Shown in pieces: positions 1 to 8,554 of a stretch of 35,292 nt of DNA. Where the stretch lies: positions 1 through 35,292 of IMG/VR virus record IMGVR_UViG_3300030330_001066. The stretch is one strand, 5' to 3'. The notes below the pieces were generated by a model. That model had not been told where the DNA came from. It did not search any database and saw nothing but the letters and a program-made list of their open reading frames with translations. A program made the position numbers and the translations under genes. The stretch is from a virus. Lineage: Duplodnaviria; Caudoviricetes. How positions within the stretch are numbered: the first letter of the stretch is position 1; the number at the start of each line of letters is the position of its first letter.

Positions 1-294
1 AAATATACCTGTAAATGTATCTGCGTTAATATCACCTAACATCTTGTTATTGTTACCTATTTGGTTTACATCTAATGTCATAGTTGCACCATCAAGATCG
101 AACGCGGTCATAGAACCGTGTGCAGAGTTCAAACCCCCTATAATGTTGCCAGAACCTAGCTGCTCAAGATCTATACTAGCGGTTGCTCCTATTTGATCTA
201 CGTATATTTCATTGTCATCTGCATTAGTACCTATTGCAAAAACTAACAAAGCTAAAAATACAATAGCTGTAATTTTATTAAAATTATCATTCAT
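1..294 (-). CDS. Curlin-like secreted protein (CsgA/CsgB-like), 3' end runs off window; absent from ORF track
   Basis: Manual translation from ATG at 294: MNDNFNKITAIVFLALLVFAIGTNA|DDNEIYVDQIGATASIDLEQLGSGNIIGG...LDVNQIGNNNKMLG... Shows a Sec signal peptide and repeated Q-x-G-x-x-N curlin-type motifs; overlaps the csgG stop. Confidence 0.7.
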   Translation of the reverse strand, partial: MNDNFNKITAIVFLALLVFAIGTNADDNEIYVDQIGATASIDLEQLGSGNIIGGLNSAHGSMTAFDLDGATMTLDVNQIGNNNKMLGDINADTFTGIF

Positions 295-1093
295 ATTCCC
301 AATATCCTCTTTCAATACCTATTCTTACAATTTCTAAAATACCTGTTTCAATTGCTTTTTGTAGAGCGATAGATGTGCTTTCGTTTTCTGCTACTCCTCC
401 TTCTACTTCTATTAAACGACTGCCTTCATCAATAAACCTAAAAACATCTTGCGAAAGACCTACTGATAAAACTTTTTTAGAAGTAAGCACTTCTATTAGT
501 ATCTCTCCTGTAGATACTGAAACCACTCTTAATGATACACTAACAGTGTCTTCTCTATACTGTTTACTACTTCCTACTCCTAGCAATCTTGCCCCTGCAC
601 CTCCTGATCTTGTGTTAACATCATAAGAAATAACTCCACCTTGCATTAACAAACCTGCTAATAATAAAGGTTTTACACGACTTTCTTCATCAAAAGTCTC
701 ACGTGTGCTGCGAATTAGCTGTCTTTCTTTAGTCAAAGAATCAAGTCCAACTCGTTCTACAACTTTAAAAAAATTTCCGCTAGATGCGTGTTTTAAGGCA
801 CGAATTAAAAATGCTTCTGGAGCTTGAGTTATAGCGGTTGAAAATAAAGCAAACTCACTATTACTTTTTCTTTGTCCTGTTAAATCTTGCAAACTATTAC
901 TATATACTGCAATAACAGGTTGTCTTTTTGCTGGAGGTAAATCTTGTAGTTCTTGTAACTGTAACTGCATAATAGAAGAACTTTGAATCACTACACTAGG
1001 TATACCGTTACCTTCTAGCACATTTTTAGAAGCACAACTAGAAAGTAAAACTAGCAGTGGGTACAGAAATCGTTGTAATATCTCCGTTTTCAT
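287..1093 (-). CDS. csgG: Curli secretion channel CsgG-like outer-membrane lipoprotein
   Basis: Lipobox LSSC; DLTGQRK, FSTAITQ, FKVVERVGLDSLTKERQLIRSTR, GGVISYD, GGAGARLLG and GYW motifs typical of CsgG. Confidence 0.92.
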   Translation of the reverse strand: MKTEILQRFLYPLLVLLSSCASKNVLEGNGIPSVVIQSSSIMQLQLQELQDLPPAKRQPVIAVYSNSLQDLTGQRKSNSEFALFSTAITQAPEAFLIRALKHASSGNFFKVVERVGLDSLTKERQLIRSTRETFDEESRVKPLLLAGLLMQGGVISYDVNTRSGGAGARLLGVGSSKQYREDTVSVSLRVVSVSTGEILIEVLTSKKVLSVGLSQDVFRFIDEGSRLIEVEGGVAENESTSIALQKAIETGILEIVRIGIERGYWEYE

Positions 1094-1478
1094 CCGTTAT
1101 AGTCAAAGTAATTACTTCAGCTTCTACTGTATATTCTAAAATATTGCCTTCTAACTCTAATTTACCTTCTGTGCTTGGGTTTTCTCCGAACAATTGTTCA
1201 ACTAACTGCCGTGATAACTGTGCATACACCCTAGATTCAAAATTCCTAATGAACCTGCTAAGGGTGGAATTAGACTCCTCCCGTTCAGCTTCTTCAATTA
1301 ATGACTGTGCCTCCTCAATTTTAGTTTGGCGCCTTGTAGCTTCTTGATTTTCAATCGTAAGATAATGCGAACTACTATTTATTCCTGAAAAACTAGGACT
1401 TTTAAATTTATACACTATTTCATCAGCAAATAAATTGCTTACAACTAATAACAAACTAATCTTTACGCTGATCTTCAC
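1038..1478 (-). CDS. csgF: Curli assembly factor CsgF-like
   Basis: Signal peptide followed by IVYKFKSPSFSG, and RFIRNFESRVYAQLSRQL; directly upstream of csgG. Confidence 0.88.
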   Translation of the reverse strand: MKISVKISLLLVVSNLFADEIVYKFKSPSFSGINSSSHYLTIENQEATRRQTKIEEAQSLIEEAEREESNSTLSRFIRNFESRVYAQLSRQLVEQLFGENPSTEGKLELEGNILEYTVEAEVITLTITDENGDITTISVPTASFTF

Positions 1479-1806
1479 GGTCGGCCTTTGCTATTTTATC
1501 TATTTCTATTAAGTTTGGTGTACCAAGTAATGTTTTTAATAGGACATCTTGCCTAATTGTTTGATTATCTAAAGCTCTAACACGATCTATAAGTGCCACT
1601 ATAATGCCATGTTGAGCATCTAGTTTGGTGCTAAGTCTTTCTTCCATTGCGTTTAAACTAGCATCTACTTTTTCATCAACCACATCTATTTTTTGTTCCA
1701 TGCCATCAATAATTCGATTTATTAATTTCCATATAAATATACCTAAACCCAATGCACTTGCAATGGGAAACCCTACTTGATTTATAAAATCAATTGCTTC
1801 ATTCAT
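1456..1806 (-). CDS. Small membrane protein (N-terminal TM plus coiled coil; YvrJ/holin-like N-terminus)
   Basis: INQVGFPIASALGLGIFIW TM segment followed by heptad pattern; overlaps the csgF start. Confidence 0.65.
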   Translation of the reverse strand: MNEAIDFINQVGFPIASALGLGIFIWKLINRIIDGMEQKIDVVDEKVDASLNAMEERLSTKLDAQHGIIVALIDRVRALDNQTIRQDVLLKTLLGTPNLIEIDKIAKADREDQRKD

Positions 1807-1812
1807 TATCTA

Positions 1813-1977
1813 CTAAGCATTTAATGATTTAGACTTTTTCTTTGCTTGTCTAAGCGTATCACCAAATAAAACTCGCCTCTTTACATAAGATCTTTTGTCA
1901 GTAGGTAGCTTGTTTATAGCTCTTTGTTGTCTTTTAGAAACTTTACGTTTCTGTAATTTCATACTTGGTCTTTTCAT
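1813..1977 (-). CDS. Small basic hypothetical protein (54 aa; start moved to ATG 1977)
   Basis: MKRPSMKLQKRKVSKRQQ...; this start avoids overlap with the upstream gene and fills the gap. Confidence 0.5.
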   Translation of the reverse strand: MKRPSMKLQKRKVSKRQQRAINKLPTDKRSYVKRRVLFGDTLRQAKKKSKSLNA

Positions 1978-1993
1978 AACTTTATTGTACCTT

Positions 1994-2227
1994 TTATTCT
2001 GGTGGTGTGGGGAAAACAATTTTTGATAACTCTGTTTCGCCACTATATGTTTCTGGTAAATCTCTTAATTTTTGTCTATATGTAGCCCACTCTGCTTTTT
2101 TTGAGTCACTTAACGGAGAGTCTGCTGACTGTGTCCAATCAGTAGCTTTTAATAAACCATACCGTCTATCTTTTACAACTGTCCATATAGTCATATTAGG
2201 TATTTCGTCTGAAACTCGCTGTACCAT
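1994..2227 (-). CDS. Tail fibre assembly chaperone-like protein
   Basis: RYGLLKATDWTQSAD...EWATYRQKLRDLP...FPTPP signature; directly downstream of a fibre gene. Confidence 0.85.
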   Translation of the reverse strand: MVQRVSDEIPNMTIWTVVKDRRYGLLKATDWTQSADSPLSDSKKAEWATYRQKLRDLPETYSGETELSKIVFPTPPE

Positions 2228-2228
2228 A

Positions 2229-3701
2229 TTATATTCCTAACCCTTGTACTGTTATCATTGCGCTTCCTGCTCCACCATTACTACTTCCTGTTGGACCGTA
2301 ATCACTAATACCATGAAACAACCAAGCGTAATATGTTGTATTCGGAAGAAGATCTACTACACCAGTTAATATAACGCTACCAAGAACATGGTCACCAGCT
2401 GCTCTTACTATTGATGTTGATAATATAAAATCACTTGCTGTAGAAGATTGATACCCAGTAGCACTTGTTGTTTGTCTAACCGCTATAGCAGTTAAATTTT
2501 CTGCACGACCGTCCCCAACCAGTTGTCCTGTCGCATTTAAAGAACCAGTTACAATAAATTTTTTTGTTGCACTACCTCCTGCTGAGTCAGTCCAATTCGG
2601 TGTTGTCCATCCTACTTGAGTTTTATTACCGCTTGTATCAGTTGGTATATGCACATAATCTGTACCAAAAGCATGAAACGGACTACTTGCCCAATAAGTA
2701 GTTAAATAGTTATGCACCCCTATATCATCTGGAATCTGGCTATCAGTAACACTAGCAGATGCAACTACAGTTCCTACTGAACCTGTTACTGCCTTTCCTG
2801 CAACATTAAGTGAACCTGCTGTTATTCTATCTGCGGTCATATTGCCAGAAGTTATACTACCCGCACTTAAATTTATTACACTTATTTCACCAGCGTCAAG
2901 AGTTCCTGTAGTTATATTACTAGCGTTTAAATTTGTAATACTCATTTCTGAAGCATCTAATGTTCCAAAAATACCTGAAGCTGAAGTTAATTGGTTAGCT
3001 CCAATATTACCCGCAGTTATTGTAGCACTCGCTATAGAATTTGATGTAACTGCATTTGTTAAAATTTTAGGTGTAGTAATAGCGTCATCTGCTATTTTTG
3101 TTTCAGTAATAGCATCAGCAGCAATTTTAGTACCTGCAATCAAAACCGTAGTAGCATTTACCGAACCTGCAAACTGACTAAATATACCTGCAGTTGTTAC
3201 GTGTCTAATCCAATAATAAAACTCATCTCCAGGATCTACGCTGTCTACCCAAACAAAAGCCTCAGTAGTATCATGTCGCACCGCATTACTTAAATTGTTG
3301 TCACTAGAACGCCATACTTCTGTGTGTGCTAAGTTAGATATTTGTGCAAAGTTCCAATTTAAAATAATTTTAGTTGTACCTGCAGACGCAGCTAAGCCTG
3401 TAGGAGTTGGAGGAGCTGTTAAATCGTTAGTATCATCTAGTTTACCATCCACAAAAGTTGAACTAGAAGCAAAGTCAGTTACACCTGCACCTGCATTTGG
3501 ATCAAAAGGATTATCAAGTAGTTCTTTAGCCAAACCGCTATCAATTAGTTCTCTAAGAGTAACAGCTCTGTCTTTCGGGTCACCTCTACGACCAAGCCGT
3601 ACTTCTAGAATTTCTTTTATAGAATTATTAAAAGCTTCAGCCTCACGTTCATTCTTTGGAATCGCTGGTATTGAAGGTACTTGTGTCTTAGTAGTAGCCA
3701 T
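2229..3701 (-). CDS. Tail fibre / host-specificity protein
   Basis: FN3-like segment (APPTPTGL...HTEVWRS...YYWIRHV), ~10-aa IAADAITETK-type repeats, distinct C-terminal domain, followed by chaperone. Confidence 0.8.
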   Translation of the reverse strand: MATTKTQVPSIPAIPKNEREAEAFNNSIKEILEVRLGRRGDPKDRAVTLRELIDSGLAKELLDNPFDPNAGAGVTDFASSSTFVDGKLDDTNDLTAPPTPTGLAASAGTTKIILNWNFAQISNLAHTEVWRSSDNNLSNAVRHDTTEAFVWVDSVDPGDEFYYWIRHVTTAGIFSQFAGSVNATTVLIAGTKIAADAITETKIADDAITTPKILTNAVTSNSIASATITAGNIGANQLTSASGIFGTLDASEMSITNLNASNITTGTLDAGEISVINLSAGSITSGNMTADRITAGSLNVAGKAVTGSVGTVVASASVTDSQIPDDIGVHNYLTTYWASSPFHAFGTDYVHIPTDTSGNKTQVGWTTPNWTDSAGGSATKKFIVTGSLNATGQLVGDGRAENLTAIAVRQTTSATGYQSSTASDFILSTSIVRAAGDHVLGSVILTGVVDLLPNTTYYAWLFHGISDYGPTGSSNGGAGSAMITVQGLGI

Positions 3702-5450
3702 TTATAAAGCACGTATTTCTTGAATAGACTCTGCGATACACACTTCGTTTACAATTTTAGTAGATTGTATTTCTACAGAGTAAGTTTTGTGTACACCACT
3801 TGGTAATCTAACTACAGGTTCGAGTATTGTTACAGCACTGAAACTAGGAGTAGTGCCTGTAACTGTGTAAACACTACCAGACGCAGCTATAGTTGCATGA
3901 TAAATAACAGAGCCATCTCCATATACTTTTATTACCACTGGCCAGTCTTCAGCATCTACTTTTACAAACCCCATTCTACCAGGACGTTCAGGTACAAATG
4001 TTTTACTTCTCCAAGTAAACGTTTGATTTGTAGTACCGCCTTGAAACTCTTTAACTACTCCATTACCACTCGCAGGATCAATAATTAAATATAACGAGTT
4101 ATCATCAGGGTCTGTAAAGCCACCTGAAGCATCTGTAGTTGCTGTTTGTGTCAATGTTGTTATTCTTCGCTCACCAAAACGATTATCAAATATAAATCCG
4201 CCATAATTACTACCGCTTGTATACAATCCTACATAACGTCCTTCCCATAAAAATCCTTGTAAGACAGTAGGGTAATATTCAGCTCGCCATTGTGAAGGTG
4301 AAATTTGCCCTTCCGTTACAACTTGTACGTCAGTACCTGTCGCAGCAACCAACCCATCTGCTCCTGCATACAATACATACGGTCCCATATCTACCATTGA
4401 ACGTTTATTTAAACACGCTTGTGCTGCTTCTATACGAACTGCGCTCATAGATTGTGGATCTGTACCAATTACTAAATAAGGTGTGCCTTTTGTACCAACA
4501 AACAAGCCATTTCCTGCCATAGCAATAGCCACTATTTCCTCATCTAGAGTTATACGATACGCTACAGGCCAAGCATGTGGTAAAAACGGTTCAGAAAAAC
4601 ACAAACGTTTACCTGAGAATCCTGCAAATATACCATTTGGCATAGAGGTTAAACCACGCATTTGCCCGTTCGGGTACAAAGAACTGTCTTCATCAGGCGG
4701 AGCAATCCAGAAAGTAGAAGGTATAAGTTCTCCTAAATTAGCATTAGTAACAGAATCAGTAAAAGTAGCTACATTTAAATTAACTTCACCAACAAACTGA
4801 AACGCAGTAGTGTTTGAACCTGTATTTGATCTATATATTCGTTTTTTAGTTATGTTTGTATTACTTCTACTTGTACCACTACCTGCACTTGTACTCATGT
4901 TACCTACAGTTACAGTTTGTGCATCTACTTTAGTAAGCACAGTAGAAGCCGCGGACGGCGGTCCTTCTTCACCAAAACCAGACACAAAAGTGTACACATA
5001 TGATGTGCTAAATTTAGTCTGTGTTCCATCGTCTGACCCAGAAGCTATGCTTGCAGTAGGAGTATTTTCAGGCGCGGGTATACCTAAACGAAAAAAACCT
5101 CTAGGATATGCTCCCGAACCAGAAGCTATTAACTCTGTAGAACTAGCCATTCTAGGAAACGTATCTCCCGTCCAGTACAAACGTGCGTTAGCGTCATCAG
5201 GTATAGGTGCAGGTTGTACATCTACATCACTAGCCCACTCTAGCCAGTAATCTACACCGCCAAACTCGTATTTGTATATAGAAGTTTTACCTGAAGCGTT
5301 TAAAGTAGCTGTGGTGCTGTTGTCGGTTATAGGAACTAAACGTCCACTATCTAAAACTACATCTTGAGCTGTTTGTGCCATAGTATCTGCTAACAGTCTA
5401 GGAGATATCTGAGGTGCAATTCCTTTAAATGTTATTAATTTATAGTACAT
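3702..5450 (-). CDS. Tail nozzle / stabilisation protein (podovirus tail tubular-like)
   Basis: 582 aa, beta-rich; YVYTFVSGFGEEGPPS, KKRIYRS and LCFSEPFLPHAWP motifs seen in podophage tail proteins. Confidence 0.7.
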   Translation of the reverse strand: MYYKLITFKGIAPQISPRLLADTMAQTAQDVVLDSGRLVPITDNSTTATLNASGKTSIYKYEFGGVDYWLEWASDVDVQPAPIPDDANARLYWTGDTFPRMASSTELIASGSGAYPRGFFRLGIPAPENTPTASIASGSDDGTQTKFSTSYVYTFVSGFGEEGPPSAASTVLTKVDAQTVTVGNMSTSAGSGTSRSNTNITKKRIYRSNTGSNTTAFQFVGEVNLNVATFTDSVTNANLGELIPSTFWIAPPDEDSSLYPNGQMRGLTSMPNGIFAGFSGKRLCFSEPFLPHAWPVAYRITLDEEIVAIAMAGNGLFVGTKGTPYLVIGTDPQSMSAVRIEAAQACLNKRSMVDMGPYVLYAGADGLVAATGTDVQVVTEGQISPSQWRAEYYPTVLQGFLWEGRYVGLYTSGSNYGGFIFDNRFGERRITTLTQTATTDASGGFTDPDDNSLYLIIDPASGNGVVKEFQGGTTNQTFTWRSKTFVPERPGRMGFVKVDAEDWPVVIKVYGDGSVIYHATIAASGSVYTVTGTTPSFSAVTILEPVVRLPSGVHKTYSVEIQSTKIVNEVCIAESIQEIRAL

Positions 5451-5860
5451 TAGCCCTCCAGCAATAAATCTTTTAAGCGATGGCTTCTAGCCCCTACTTG
5501 TCTACTCCATTTAGAGTCAAGCATTTGCACACCAGCTTCTTCCCAGTCTCCTTTCTCAATAGCAGCTAAAAACTTTTTAAATCCTAATAACCTAGATAGA
5601 CCTAAATTAAAACACATATTTACTAACACACGCTGTCTTGTGTCTGTTAAATTTTTAAACCAAGCAAACGTAGCTTCTAATTCTTTTACACAAAGGTCTA
5701 TGTCATTGTTAAGTAGAAAATTAGATTCCTCTACTGTAATTCCTCGGTCATCAACATTTCTGCCTACTCCAATTGTATTCTTTCCTGCAGAACATTTGTA
5801 AAGAGTAAGAACTTCTCCTTCGTCTCGTTTCAGTTCTTCTATAAGTTTTTCTCTATTCAT
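5450..5860 (-). CDS. Endolysin, T4-lysozyme-like (GH24)
   Basis: LKRDEG...YKCSAGKNTIGVGRN catalytic region (Cys at the T4L Asp20 position), LVNMCFNLG, MLDSKWSRQVGAR. Confidence 0.9.
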   Translation of the reverse strand: MNREKLIEELKRDEGEVLTLYKCSAGKNTIGVGRNVDDRGITVEESNFLLNNDIDLCVKELEATFAWFKNLTDTRQRVLVNMCFNLGLSRLLGFKKFLAAIEKGDWEEAGVQMLDSKWSRQVGARSHRLKDLLLEG

Positions 5861-6345
5861 TCGTCTTTATCCTTAGTAGAATTAGAAGCACCAAAGTAAA
5901 ACGATATAATAGCACTTGCTAAACCGCCAAGATAGCCGAGAACTAGATTAATCAAAGCTTCGCTGTTTTGTTCTGGAGGCTGTAGCGTAATTAGAAAAAT
6001 ATAACCCATAAAGCCACCAACTACGACTAATCCCATAATTCTAGAAGTCCAGTCTTTAGAAAACTTTGATCTCGCGTCTTGAATATCTTTAGTTTCTAAG
6101 GCAAAAACGTCAACTTCTAACTCTGCCATTTGCACTTCAAACTGTTGTTCTGCTTTTTTAAGCTCCAACATTTGCTCTGGAGTGGCATTTTGTACTGCTT
6201 TTTCTATTGCTTTTGGGTTGTTTTCACAACCAAGTACTTTAGCAACAACATCTCCTGCCATACCGCCCATTGGTCCTGCTAATGCAGATCCTAAAGTTGG
6301 TGCAACTGCACCTACTATGTTTTTTAAAAATGCTAATTTTGCCAT
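5857..6345 (-). CDS. Holin-like membrane protein
   Basis: N-terminal hydrophobic Gly-rich helix, ARS motif, two C-terminal TM segments ending ISFYFGAS; ATGA overlap with the endolysin. Confidence 0.75.
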   Translation of the reverse strand: MAKLAFLKNIVGAVAPTLGSALAGPMGGMAGDVVAKVLGCENNPKAIEKAVQNATPEQMLELKKAEQQFEVQMAELEVDVFALETKDIQDARSKFSKDWTSRIMGLVVVGGFMGYIFLITLQPPEQNSEALINLVLGYLGGLASAIISFYFGASNSTKDKDE

Positions 6346-6401
6346 TGTTACTCCTTATACGCTTTATTTATTCTAACTTGAATCACTACTTTTTACCAAA
6401 T

Positions 6402-6851
6402 TCATTGAATGTATTTTTTACCTATCTCGTTATAGTACAATTCTTTAAAATTTATCTCTTGTATTAGTATAGGAGAAAATCCTGTTTGGTTTGTTATATG
6501 ATGAGCGTGGAGTCTAGCATAAGGAAATATAATATTAGGGCAATCTACCGCTAGGGCTTCTTCAATCTCGCTTTCGTCTTTGTAGTGACACAAAGTAAAT
6601 ATACCACTTTGAATAAAATTAAGTATGTATAAATAACTATCTTCATATTTAGACGTTATTTGAAACGAAAGCTCTACTTCAAATGCTTTTTCTTTGTTAA
6701 AAGATATAGAAGAAAACCCAGACTGACAAGCTAGGTCTGTTTCTACTTCAGGCGGTTGTTCTTGTAAATAACGAACAGCATCAGGTACTTCTATACTAGA
6801 TTCTTTTGTGTATACAGCAGATATTTTTATGTGTTTATTTGTGGTGGACAT
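6402..6851 (-). CDS. secB: SecB-like chaperone
   Basis: VYTKESSIEVP, QSGIF, CPNIIFPYAR, TGFSPILIQEINFKELY match the SecB consensus (YxKDxSFExP ... CPxILFPYAR ... GFPxLxLxPxNFxxLY); 149 aa. Confidence 0.9.
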   Translation of the reverse strand: MSTTNKHIKISAVYTKESSIEVPDAVRYLQEQPPEVETDLACQSGFSSISFNKEKAFEVELSFQITSKYEDSYLYILNFIQSGIFTLCHYKDESEIEEALAVDCPNIIFPYARLHAHHITNQTGFSPILIQEINFKELYYNEIGKKYIQ

Positions 6852-7569
6852 AGTGCATTTTCTCTCTTGTGTTTTTAATTTTAGTAAGGGTTTTGTTTGC
6901 TAACGAGGTAATACGAGTTGTTTCTTTTTTAGGAACTCCTTTTAGATAGGGCAATAATTTATCAAAACAGTACGCATAAATCTCTAATACGTTAATATTT
7001 TTTCGGTGTATAGGCCCAAGATAATTATGTATTAACGCTTGTTCTCCTAAAACCCCGTAATTAAAAGCGTCTATTGCAGCAGTAGACTCTTCTTCAAACA
7101 AAATATCGTCTTTGTGGTTCATGTATCTAGGCATATACAACAGTTTTTTATCTCTAACTGCTCCCGAGTCTTTTTCTGGTACTGTTTTCCACTTCTTAGG
7201 GTTTATTATAAATATAGATAAATCTAAAACTTTTTTATTAAGTTTTTCAGAACTATACTGATAATGCTCTTTAACCCTTTCATGGTCAGTAAACACCCCA
7301 TATCTGCTAACAGCCATATGGTATTTTTTTAATTTAGATTTAGTAGGAAGGTCTTTATTCTTTAAATTAACAACTAGCCCGCTTTTTATAACTAATGCTA
7401 TTTCATTAGTATTACTTAAAGTAGTAGCAATTCTACTTTTTAACATTTTGTCTTTAGTAATAACTTTATAAGTTATTTCTGGATTATTAATATCTAATGA
7501 ATTTGTTGTAAGTTTCAGTAGATTATTTTCTTCCAGTATTAAGACTTTTAGGGTTTTTAGGTTTAACAT
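6835..7569 (-). CDS. Divergent GT-A (GT8-like) glycosyltransferase-like protein
   Basis: LDLSIFIINPKKW resembles GT8 FNSGVxxINLxxW, YMPRYMN resembles LPxxYN, IHNYLGP resembles IIHYxG; no canonical DxD. True start uncertain. Confidence 0.45.
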   Translation of the reverse strand: MLNLKTLKVLILEENNLLKLTTNSLDINNPEITYKVITKDKMLKSRIATTLSNTNEIALVIKSGLVVNLKNKDLPTKSKLKKYHMAVSRYGVFTDHERVKEHYQYSSEKLNKKVLDLSIFIINPKKWKTVPEKDSGAVRDKKLLYMPRYMNHKDDILFEEESTAAIDAFNYGVLGEQALIHNYLGPIHRKNINVLEIYAYCFDKLLPYLKGVPKKETTRITSLANKTLTKIKNTREKMHYVHHK

Positions 7570-8422
7570 GAGGTATATCTTTAAAATACTTAAAAAAGTT
7601 TTTTATATTTTGTTTTGGATTTTCAGAATCATAGTAAATTAATCCTGAGTATTTTGACGACAGTATTCTTTTAAAATCATCAATAACAGGATATCCTTTT
7701 TCAAAAAGAACAGCGTATATCGGGGTGTAGGTTTTGGTTGCAATTTTTTTACGATCAAATAGCTCTATGCGTTTACCTTGAGATAAACCAATAAGTCCCA
7801 TTTCAGAGTTAGAAGTACACCCAATTTTTCTTGTTCTATTTAAAATGTTATGCCCTGACAGTTTTCTGTCTAACAAGTTTTGTTTACCATAACGGTTTCT
7901 TAAATAAGCCATAACAAACGGAGAAGTTAAAGGATGTGGTTTTAACACAGCTCCTTCTGTATCAATAGCTCTTTTCACTTTAATGTCATCTGTTATTTCT
8001 TTTATTATGTTACTTCCAGCTAAAAAAATAACATACGGGTATTCTTTTTTTGTTTGCTTCAACGCATACTTGTCTGTGTTATTTTTAGCTATATCTTGAA
8101 ATATCTTTTCGCCTTCTTCTGTAATGTCATCGTTTAGGGCATTCCTTAATACTTTCTTACAGTATAAAGTTGAAGCTGGTTTTAAATATACAAACTTAGT
8201 CATAACATCTGTATATAAATAACCTCTTATTTTATTTTCGTTCCCAAAGTCGTACCAAATATCGTATTCTAAATTAGTACCGTGGTTGCCTTTTTTTGGT
8301 AATAGATGATGTATCTTATTTAGTTTATTGTTTTCTTTTGATCTACGAATATTCCCAGATTTAAAAAAGTGTGCTATGTCATTATTAAGAACATCATTAA
8401 AAGCTAATGTCTCAATCGTCAT
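7523..8422 (-). CDS. KpsS/KpsC-like (GT-B, capsule-type) glycosyltransferase-like protein
   Basis: VLKPHP and CTSNSEMGLIGLSQGKRI resemble the KxHP and T-x-x-S-x-x-G-x-x-x-L-x-x-G-K motifs of KpsC/KpsS Kdo-transferase-type enzymes. Confidence 0.55.
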   Translation of the reverse strand: MTIETLAFNDVLNNDIAHFFKSGNIRRSKENNKLNKIHHLLPKKGNHGTNLEYDIWYDFGNENKIRGYLYTDVMTKFVYLKPASTLYCKKVLRNALNDDITEEGEKIFQDIAKNNTDKYALKQTKKEYPYVIFLAGSNIIKEITDDIKVKRAIDTEGAVLKPHPLTSPFVMAYLRNRYGKQNLLDRKLSGHNILNRTRKIGCTSNSEMGLIGLSQGKRIELFDRKKIATKTYTPIYAVLFEKGYPVIDDFKRILSSKYSGLIYYDSENPKQNIKNFFKYFKDIPHVKPKNPKSLNTGRK

Positions 8423-8552
8423 TGCAACCTACTTTTTCTTCTAACTTATCCATTCTTTCTTCCATCTCTTTAAAATGTTCTATTAATATAGAAAGAGTTT
8501 CTTCTGTTCTTCTATTAATAAGATGAATTTGTTCTTTAAGATCTTCAGACAT
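8412..8552 (-). CDS. 46-aa coiled-coil protein; absent from ORF track
   Basis: Manual translation MSEDLKEQIHLINRRTEETLSILIEHFKEMERRMDKLEEKVGCNDD*; AAGGA upstream; fills the gap exactly. Confidence 0.7.
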   Translation of the reverse strand: MSEDLKEQIHLINRRTEETLSILIEHFKEMEERMDKLEEKVGCNDD

Positions 8553-8554
8553 AA

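Noticed and set aside
6402-8552. Toxin-antitoxin-chaperone defence operon
   Set aside because: Genes upstream of secB show GT-like motifs, not HigB, ADP-ribosyltransferase or HTH antitoxin features.
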